This document shows positions 1 to 8,013 of a stretch of DNA of 9,988 nt, piece by piece. The position numbers and the translations under genes are program-made. This DNA comes from Octopus sinensis (lineage: Eukaryota): the NCBI RefSeq assembly GCF_006345805.1, contig NW_021827729.1:1-9988 (forward strand). The letters run 5' to 3'. The notes under the pieces were generated by a model. That model ran no database searches. It worked only from the letters and a program-made list of their open reading frames with translations, and was not told where the DNA came from. Each line of letters opens with the position of its first letter. The stretch's first letter is position 1.

Positions 1-190
1 ATATATCTGTATGTATACCTATATGTGTACATTGTATATATATGCGTATGTACGTGTGTGTATATAATGTTCTTGCGCGTATATATATATGCGTATGTGT
101 GCATGTTTGTGTGTACTTGTATATTTATATATGTATATATGTGTATATGTGTACGTGAGTGTGTGCCTATACATGCACACGCACACACAT
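1..190. repeat. Degenerate (TA)/(TG)/(CA) microsatellite
   Basis: Alternating TATATG/TGTGTA/CACA units throughout; explains the Y/I/H/T-rich ORF 19..288. Confidence 0.9.
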
Positions 191-261
191 ATTAGAGGGT
201 GTATACAAGGAAATTTATAACAATCCAGAGAAAGAAGGATGAGGTAGTGGTATACAATTGT

Positions 262-475
262 CTCTAATTTTGGCGGAAGGCCAGCCATTGGTGAGTGGTT
301 GTGGGGCCTTTGTCGATTACGCCAACCTCACCATGCATTTGAAACTACATTTTCTCAACCCTGGAAGGATAAAAGAAAAAGTTGATTTTGGCAGAATTTG
401 AACTTAGTACGTAAAGAGCCAAAACAAACACCGCAAGGCATTTGTCCAACGTTCTAATGACATTGACTATCGCCC
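262..475 (-). mobile_element. Old, diverged tRNA-derived SINE copy (same family as 595-1213)
   Basis: Aligns by eye to the copies at 751-983 and 998-1213 (GGAAGGATAAAAG..GAATTTGAACTTAGTACGTAAAG..CCGCAAGGCATTTGTCC); degenerate B box on minus at ~393-405. Boundaries approximate. Confidence 0.55.
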
Positions 476-594
476 ACATAGGCTAATATGATAAAATTTA
501 TTTTCAGCTGAAAAGACAAAAAATGTAAGTTGGTTTTATGTTTAGACTATAAAAGAAATTAATGAATCATGGTTATGCAATACAAGTTTATAAT

Positions 595-750
595 TCTTTC
601 CACAATAGGCACAGAGCCTAAAACTTGGGGATCGATTACCCTCCCTCTCAGTGCTCAACCGAGTACTTATCTTATCGACCCAAAAAGGATGAAAAGGAAT
701 GTCAACCTCGGTGGAATTTGAAGTCAGGACGTAAAGCCGGAAGAAATACC
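595..750 (-). mobile_element. 5'-truncated tRNA-derived SINE copy
   Basis: Same tail and body as 998-1213 (TAGGCAC..GTACTTAT..ATCGACCC..AGGATGAAA..GGAATTTGAA); stops at GAAATACC (750), so the A-box part is missing. Confidence 0.7.
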
Positions 751-983
751 TATTTCTTTACTACCCACAAGAGGCTAAACACAGAGAGGACAAACAAGGA
801 CAGACATACGGATTAAGTCGATTATATCGACCCCAGTGCGTAACTGGTACTTATTTAATCGACCCCGAAAGGATGAAAGGCAAAGTCGACCTCGGCGGAA
901 TTTGAACTCAGAACGTAGCGGCAGACGAAATACCGCTAAGCATTTCGCCCGGCGTGCTCACGTTTCTGCTAGTTTTCCACCTT
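751..983 (-). mobile_element. Near full-length tRNA-derived SINE with a different 3' tail
   Basis: Minus-strand B box GAGTTCAAATTCC at 897-909; central GTCGACTTTGCCTTTCATCCTTTCGGGGTCGAT (resembles my recollection of the Meta-SINE central domain, unverified); tail differs from neighbouring copies. Confidence 0.85.
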
Positions 984-997
984 TCAATGCAAGCTAA

Positions 998-1213
998 TAA
1001 TCCTTTCTACTATAGGCACAAGGCCTGAAATTTTGTAAAAAGTGGAAATCAATTACATCAACCACGGTGCTCAGCTGGAACTTATTTTATCGACACGAAC
1101 GGATGAAATACAAAGTTAACCAGGGCTACATTTAAACTCAGAACGTAAAGCCGGAAGGAATACAGCTAAGCATTTTGTCCGGTGTGCTAACGATTCTGCC
1201 AGCTCGTAGTCTT
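998..1213 (-). mobile_element. Full-length tRNA-derived SINE with target-site duplication
   Basis: Homologous to 751-983 and 595-750; flanked by AATGCAAGCTAA (986-997) and AATGCAAAGCTAA (1214-1226). Confidence 0.8.
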
Positions 1214-2139
1214 AATGCAAAGCTAAAGATAGAAAAAAATATTTGATTTAGTAGGAACGTGTAACAGTATTATACAAGAAAGTTCAGCAATAATACGTTG
1301 AATATGAAAAATACATTAATAATAGAAAACCACTTAATTGTTAGGCATATATTATTACAAACTGTTTGGTGCGAGTCAGTCTGGCGATCAACCGTTAGAC
1401 ATTTTAAAATAATTTATTGGAAAATTTTTTCCATGGAGGAAATAAATATCAGACCTGAACGGGTTTTGAGATTATGATTAAGATTTCTAAAGTTACCGAT
1501 GTTTGTATTGTATTTTTTTGGTAAAGAAAATATTCTGTGTATATTACAAACATCGTTAACTTGATTATAAGCTTATTATAGCTTATTTCTTTCATTCATT
1601 TTTTTTCCAAAAGATCTTTCGGGATTCCCGAAAGTATACTTATGTTGATTGTTTCATGTTATTAAAAAGATTTTCAATAACATCGTTGTAACCATTAAAA
1701 GCTGAATCATTAAATGTAGATGCATTCGGACAATTTACATGGATTAAATAATATCAACAATAAAATTATGACTAAGATTCCTAAGCAAATTTTACTGTAC
1801 AACTAAATTTAAGATTATTTCTTGAAAAAAGTATGTCTATAACATTTCGAATAATACTTATCTTCTAAGTTAAAGAAATGATTGGCGATTCCTGGTTTAC
1901 AATGAACGGAGCATTAAACCAAATACTTCTATGTTTCTGCTTCTTCCGTATCTGAGAATTGATATTATTATAGTTTATATTATAAATATCATCTTTAAAA
2001 GTATTGCGTTTTAACGCTGAACATAAGGGCCCACTTTGTTAAATTTAAGATGAAATCAGATGAATAATGAATCGTATTACATTTTTTCACAAACGCCAGG
2101 CGAATGGGTTGAAGCAATATATTCATGTACAGTATATAT

Positions 2140-2278
2140 AGTACAACACTAAGTACAAAACCAAATATATGGCACCCTAGGCATAACACCCAAGTCTCTG
2201 GGTGAGACTTGGAGCCAGCTTGTGCAAATGTAAAGCAAAAGTCAAACATGGAATAATAATAATAATAATAACAACAAC

Positions 2279-2329
<51 letters not shown>
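2140..2329 (+). mobile_element. Probable 3' end of a (TAA)n-tailed non-LTR retrotransposon
   Basis: Non-repetitive ~110 nt containing a 9-bp stem-loop (2190-2212) running directly into (AAT)n; resembles 3' UTRs of TAA-tailed LINEs (R4/Dong or RTE type) from recollection. No coding part seen; 5' boundary uncertain. Confidence 0.45.
2252..2329 (+). repeat. (AAT)n microsatellite with three AAC variant units
   Basis: (AAT)6(AAC)3(AAT)17, 78 bp. Confidence 0.97.
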
Positions 2330-2337
2330 TCGCAGAA

Positions 2338-2428
2338 GCGACAGAGTGACTCAAGGGTCGAGAGTTTCGTACTTTATCACTCATCAAACTAACGAACGAA
2401 ACTCTCGGCCCTTGAGTCACTCTGTTGC
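2338..2428. repeat. 33-bp inverted repeat with 25-nt spacer
   Basis: Arm 2338-2370 versus reverse complement of 2396-2428: 31/33 identical. Confidence 0.95.
2345..2390 (-). ncRNA. Hammerhead-ribozyme-like motif (type I topology, C3U variant, probably degenerate)
   Basis: Minus strand reads AGU-UUGAUGA-GUG(AUAAAG)UAC-GAAA-CUC(UCGACCCUU)GAGU-C-ACU: near-canonical core, stems I/II/III of 3/3/4 bp, GUC cleavage triplet. Confidence 0.3.
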
Positions 2429-2486
2429 ATTTACCTGCCTACCTACTTAAAGGACTAACACAAACATATCTGCAGGTATATATTTA

Positions 2487-2553
2487 CGCGCGCGCACACA
2501 CACACATTTACTCATACACATACACGCACTGATATATATATATATATATATTA

Positions 2554-2586
<33 letters not shown>

Positions 2587-2593
2587 GATACAC
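2487..2593. repeat. Compound (CG)(CA)(TA)(CA) microsatellite
   Basis: Direct reading. Confidence 0.9.
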
Positions 2594-2723
2594 TCTTACT
2601 GTGAAATGAATTCCAGGAGCACACCCCTGCTTAAACACATTCTTTTTGAAGAAGGGTGGAAGCTATTATAAAGATGATATTGTTGAGGGTGTTGTTGGTA
2701 GTGGTGATGTTGAAAGGGAAGCA

Positions 2724-2834
2724 GTGGTTGTGTTGGTGGTGGTGGTGGTGGTGGTGGTGGTGATCGCGGTGCTGGTGGTAGTAGTAGTGGTGGTAGTGGT
2801 AGTGGTGGTGGTAGTAGTGGTGGTGGTGGTAGTG
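2724..2834. repeat. (GGT)/(AGT)n trinucleotide microsatellite
   Basis: Direct reading; source of the poly-V, poly-H, poly-T and poly-P ORFs in the track. Confidence 0.95.
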
Positions 2835-2835
2835 C

Positions 2836-3019
2836 ATATATATGCATGTTCACACAATAGATATAATACATGTATACATATGTATATATATATATAGATA
2901 GATATATATGTATATGCATCTTCATAAACATACATATAATATATATAATGTGTGCGCGGGCGTAGCTGTGTGGCTGTGAGTGTATGTGTCGGTGTGAGTG
3001 AGTGCGTGCGCGCGTGCGC
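2836..3019. repeat. Degenerate (TA)/(TG)/(CG) low-complexity tract
   Basis: Direct reading. Confidence 0.85.
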
Positions 3020-3474
3020 AAACATCACCATAAGACTTTGAGAGAACGTTTTAAAAGGGAACGAAAGAGAAAACACAAGCTGTGACAGACACACAAGGCA
3101 CACACAACCACTAAGCACATGCCAGGCCACTTGTCTATCATATTACACAACTCCTTGCACATAACCACGCGCCCACCGAGTCGTCTAGCCAGAGCGGGAA
3201 GGGGCGTTGAATTGTGGGACTGTAAGAAGGCTGGAGAGGTAAGGGAGTGGGGGTTAAGGGTGTCAGTGTGGATTATACATTTAATATAGGTCAGGGTCCT
3301 TAAATCTCCTGCTTCACTTTACACATTCTATCACAATACACCCGATGTATACAATTCGCATATGCTGTAACTGTGTAAGCCGCTATATTATATACACAAA
3401 ACATAGATCATAATATACACCACTGAACGAGTCAGTCGGAACAATATTTGAAATTGCTAACATTTTCACAGTGC

Positions 3475-3476
<2 letters not shown>

Positions 3477-3545
<69 letters not shown>
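3477..3545 (+). repeat. (TATC)17 array at the 5' junction of the retrotransposon
   Basis: Perfect TATC units 3477-3544 plus T3545, then coding sequence begins abruptly. Confidence 0.97.
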
Positions 3546-6500
3546 CAATGTAAGGACAATATTCGTAGACCCGGAGGGTAGACTGGTCGTCCTGGATGTC
3601 GACGGCAGCAATGGGTGCGCTTTTCGGCTCGTATCAGTTTACGCACCGCCTTAACAGCAGGTCGGGCGGATTTCTTTCAACGTCTAGAAGTTTTTCTTGG
3701 GAACGTCTCGTCCTTTACTCTTAGTGGGGGATTGGAATGCTACCTTGGACACGCATGTAGGAGACTACGTGGGTAGAGATAGGAATAGACGGGGATGCAA
3801 TGCCTCAGAGACCTGCTCAGACGCTTTCAACTGTCTGACAGGTTTCGACTAGACCACCCGAATGCGCCAACGTGGACATGGAGCAACCGCATCGGGTCGT
3901 CGAGATCGTATCTAGATAGGATACTGTGTAGGACAGTAGATAGAGATAGCATAGGATGTCCACAATTCCACATAGTCAGCTACACGGATCACAAACTTGT
4001 GACATGTACGCTAGACTTAGGTAAGACACTTAGGCAGGTCCCGGATACTGGAAACTAAACGCGTCTTTCCCATCGAGACAAGTTTTCAGAGACCGGATTA
4101 GCACACTAGTAAAGAGGGCTTTGACGGGAGCCATCATCAACAACAAATGGTGGTTTTCCCTCAAGAGAGCAGTAAAAGCAGAAGCGATTAGGTACAGCAA
4201 AGCACTAGCCATAGATAGAAATAGAGTAGAGGGTGAGCTAGTTAAGAAGCTAAGAAGCTAGAAGATGCAATTAGAAAGCGGCATCGCATCCGACGTTTTG
4301 GCGGCGAGGTTGGCCCTCGACCAACACTTCAACGCCAAACACGAAGGATGTGCTGTCAGAGCTAGGATGCGTGCTCTAAGGAACGAAGGTGTTGGAGCCG
4401 CGAGAGAGGCCCGGGTGGCAGAGGCGCAACAGGGCAACAAAGCCACCATTCGGTCACTGGTAGATGAACAGGGGCGCGAATTGCTCGAGCCAAGTAAAAT
4501 GTGTGAGGCCTTTCAGCAGCATTTTGCCCGACTGTTCGGAACGAGTGGAGGGCAAGAACGTAGGGTGGACTTCAGTTCCTACCTACATAGCCTACCACGA
4601 CTCTCGACAAGAAAGGCAGGGTGCTGCGAAGGTGCCATCACGGCGGCGGAAGTGCGGGAAGCGATGGCAGAATGCTCGAGGGACAAATCACCGGGTTTGG
4701 ATGGTCTACCCTACGAGCTTTACAATTGTATGCCAGACTTGTTTGGAGATCTCTTGGCGGCGGTGTACTGCAACTGGCAGCAAAACGGGAGCATTCCTGG
4801 TTTTGTGAGCCGAGGAGCCGTAACACTGCTGAAGAAAGATCTAAACAAGGGAAATGTAATAGATAACTTTAGCCCATCACTCTGCTTAATGCAGACTTGA
4901 AAATTTTGGCCAAGGTGCTAGCCAAGAGGTTGGCGCTTGTCATCGAGAAACTGGTCGACAAGGCGCAAACATGCGCCGTGCCAGGCCGGACCATCCATGA
5001 CAACCTCCATCTGATGCGCTACATCATAGACAGGGTAGTTAACGAACCTGGCATGGGTGGGCCCTGATCAACTTGGATCAATCAAAAGCCTTTGATAGGG
5101 TAGACCATCGATACTTGGAGGCGTCCTGAGAGCGGCTGGTTTCGGTCCCGTCTTCCGCGGCTGGATAGCTGCCTTGTACAAGGCTCCGTTCGGTAATTCG
5201 CGTAAATGGACATCTATCGAGACCTTTCGACATGGCACGTTCGGTCCGTCAGGGATGCCCCCTCTCGGCGCTTCTATACGTATTGACTCTTGAGCCACTA
5301 CTGCGGAAGCTGCGACTCTAAGGGGCATCCCGCGAGAATTGGGATGCGGGACGAGCGTGTCTGCATACGCGGACGACGTCACCGTCATAGTGTCTAGCCA
5401 CGAGCACATCGAGCTGGTCGGCGGGACACTGAAAACTACGAAGCGGTGACAGGAGCGAAAATCAACCGGGAAAAGTCAGTGGGCTTGCGACTAGGCACCT
5501 GGAGAAGCAAGCCCATGCCGTCCACCAGCGCCTCCGTCGTGGGACGCTGGACCGACGGCCCGGTTGAGTTGCTCGGGGTCTGGTTTGGTCCGGACCTCCA
5601 AGTGGAGAAGAACTGGAACGAGATAACGAGTAGGGTGGTCACTCTCGCCCGGCAATGGGCCGAGAGGAAACTGTCCCTAAAAGGTCGAGCGGAGGTGGCG
5701 AACACGTACATCGCGTCCGTCATCTACTACCCCGCCTGACCGTCGTACCTTGTCCCGACCCTACCATCACCAAACTACAACGCATCCTCTTTCGCTTCTT
5801 GTGGAAAGGATGCGTCCCGATGGTCAGGCGATCCATTTGCTGTCAACACCCGTTAAAAGGAGGCTGGGCATGCCGTGGTTGATGATGCGCAGACACGCGC
5901 TGAGACTGCGACATCTCTGGCTCTATGTAGACGACGGTGAACAGGTGTGGTCGCCGTTTGTGAGGCACGCTTTCCCGCAGCTCGTCTCCATGACCGAACT
6001 GCAGTCGTGGATCAAAAAGAGGCCGAGGAAGGGCGAATGGCACCCGGAGTGTCGCGTTGCTCTCAAGCAACTCTGCCGTCCTGGGTCGACCTTAAGTGAC
6101 TTCACACAACCAAAGCATTCTATAGGGTTTAGTGGAGGGGAGGTACGACGACGAGCTCGGGGCGAACCTGGACGTCGACGAGGAGTACCTGACCCGCCTG
6201 TTCGGGACGACTTTCGGGCCAGGGCCCATGGACAACTTCCAGAGATCCCTGGCCTGGCAGTGCTACCGAGAAGCGCTACCCGTTCGAGATAAGCTCTACA
6301 GACACGGCTCGAGAAACACGGGGCCGACCTGCCCGAGATGCGGTCAGAGCGACGAAACCGTTCTGCACGCACTCGTTCAGTGTCCAACAATTTCCGACCT
6401 GTGGGCTTATGTCGAACAACTGCTGTCACGTGTGGGACGAGTCGGTTTATCAGCTGAGTCTATCGTCAATATTGTCACGCCTCCTTCCTTCAAACGGGAA

Positions 6501-6748
6501 GGAAGAGCTATTTTCATCATCCTTGTGGCTATGGCGAAAGAATGTATCTGGTGGACGCGTCTGAAAGGATTGGAGACAAACACTTTCCTCTCTGGTCATC
6601 TCTCATCAACTTCTTCAAGTACCACTTGAAAAGGAAAGTGAGAGTAGAGAGGCAAGTTTTGTCTAGCGAATGTTTTAAAAAAAGATGGGTGAATGTAGCA
6701 AGAATGGCACGTATGAATGACGAAGCCACCTTGAGCATAGTCCTATGA
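3546..6748 (+). pseudogene. Frameshifted ORF2: partial AP endonuclease, reverse transcriptase, C-terminal CCHC zinc knuckle
   Basis: Across frames: DPEGRLVVLDV, VYAP, GDWN (3727-3738), SYLDRI (3906-), TDH (3984-3992), PGYWKLN, KSPGLDGLPYE, PITLLNADLKILAKVLAKRL, KAFDRV, QGCPLS, YADD (5366-5377), GAKIN, LSLKGR, CPRCGQSDETVLHALVQC (6330-6383); stop TGA at 6746-6748. About 17 frame breaks. Confidence 0.92.
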
Positions 6749-6783
6749 ACCCAGAAATCGAAAACAGAGAGTTGCTTATTTGC

Positions 6784-6806
6784 AAAAAAAAAAAAAAAAA
6801 AAAAAA
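6784..6806 (+). repeat. A23 tract inside the retrotransposon 3' region
   Basis: 23 A's, 35 nt after the ORF2 stop, with no AATAAA upstream. Confidence 0.9.
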
Positions 6807-7130
6807 GAAATATAAAATGTGACTTCATTGACCGAGGTACCGTGGTCTTTTCCGCAGCTTTTCTTTCCACGGGTAAACCTCACCTGTCCTCCCCTTTACA
6901 CTTCATATTGACATTTCTGTGATAACGATCCCTATTGATCATTTTTTTTTTCCTCCCCCCCCCCCTTTTTTTTTTTTTTTAACCCCCCTTATTTTTGTCC
7001 TCTTTCTCTCCTTTTACGATCCCTTTTGATCGAACCTCCCCCTTCCTTTTTTTTTTTTTTTTTTTTAATACCTTCAAAAGAAAAGCTCTACCTTGTAATT
7101 TGTTCTATCTGTGTGCAGCCCTGTGTGGCT

Positions 7131-7136
7131 AATAAA
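7131..7136 (+). promoter_or_regulatory. Putative polyadenylation signal of the retrotransposon
   Basis: AATAAA 6 nt before the 3' (TATC)n array; L1-clade elements commonly end with AATAAA plus an A-rich tail. Confidence 0.55.
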
Positions 7137-7142
7137 GAAACA

Positions 7143-7174
<32 letters not shown>

Positions 7175-7175
7175 C

Positions 7176-7234
<59 letters not shown>

Positions 7235-7235
7235 C

Positions 7236-7291
<56 letters not shown>
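7143..7291 (+). repeat. (TATC)37 array at the 3' junction of the retrotransposon
   Basis: 37 units, with two CATC variants at 7175 and 7235. Confidence 0.97.
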
Positions 7292-7298
7292 GCATGTA

Positions 7299-7300
<2 letters not shown>

Positions 7301-7336
<36 letters not shown>

Positions 7337-7340
7337 CGCA
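7301..7340. repeat. (TG)14(CG)n alternating purine-pyrimidine tract
   Basis: Direct reading. Confidence 0.9.
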
Positions 7341-7716
7341 CATTTATTTATATATGTTCACTTCTGTTTTTAGTTACTTAAATTCTTCCTTTGAGGAAGG
7401 AGCCGATTTCTAACAAAAGTCTTGCACACACACACACACACACCACACACATACGCGGGCACACTCACATCATGTTGAACCGTTCATCCCTACACATTTT
7501 CCTCCATTTTTCCCGCTCAACCGTACCTATTGAAGAGCATAGGCTCGAAACGTTAAAGACTTTTCCTTTTTTCCCTCACCTATCTTCGTCTGTAAATTTG
7601 AATTCCATCCACACACACGTATTTTCAAAAGTGAAAATATTATTCACGTAACGCAAGGCACTCCTTATATTTTACCTACACATACACACACACATATATT
7701 TACATGCACACACATA

Positions 7717-7989
7717 CAGTAATACTTCACTTTACGAGGATCCGCTTTACGAGACCTCGGGTTTACTAGTTTTATTTTATAATAAATATATAATGGTTAG
7801 CCATTTTGTGTATGTGGCAACGTCGCAACCTGTGGCAACACAGGTTCTGACGGGTCTACATAGCAACAGAATAAAATGAGGACATAAAATTTCATTCCTG
7901 CTATGAGAAAATTATTACTCTGCTTTACGAGTTTTCGCTTTACGAGCGATCTCCGGGAGCGTCTCAAGTCATATATCAAGGCATTACTA
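7717..7989. mobile_element. Degenerate Tc1/mariner (pogo/Tigger-like) MITE
   Basis: TA|CAGTAATACTT ... AAGGCATTACTA|TA: imperfect terminal inverted repeats with TA at both sides, and four CTTTACGAG subterminal repeats. Confidence 0.65.
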
Positions 7990-8013
7990 TATATTCATAC
8001 GTATGTTTATATA

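Larger units (their letters stand above)
3546..7142 (+). mobile_element. 5'-truncated L1-clade (Tx1-type) non-LTR retrotransposon
   Basis: GC-rich block with APE-RT-CCHC ORF2 remnants; Tx1-like motifs QTCAVPGR and LDQSKAFDRV; low-complexity 3' UTR ending AATAAA-GAAACA; no ORF1; (TATC)n on both sides. Confidence 0.92.

Noticed and set aside
1995-3130. Overlapping ORFs with poly-Y, poly-I, poly-V, poly-H, poly-T and poly-P runs
   Set aside because: Direct translations of (AAT)n, (GGT/AGT)n and (TA)n microsatellites; no domain content.
3448-3545. ORF 3448..3654 appearing to give the endonuclease an N-terminal YLSI-repeat extension
   Set aside because: Starts at TTG in flanking DNA and reads through (TATC)n by chance; not a true start.
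4030-6870. Minus-strand and alternate-frame ORFs inside the retrotransposon
   Set aside because: Shadows of a GC-rich coding sequence; all recognisable motifs are on the plus strand.
7301-7340. Z-DNA-prone (TG)n(CG)n tract as a functional element
   Set aside because: Such tracts recur in this window (2487, 3001) and nothing ties this one to a function.
7026-7413. YLSI/IYLS-repeat ORFs
   Set aside because: Translations of the 3' (TATC)n and (TG)n arrays.
7730-7946. CRISPR-like direct repeats (CTTTACGAG x4)
   Set aside because: Repeats are 9 bp, irregularly spaced and inside a MITE in eukaryotic DNA.
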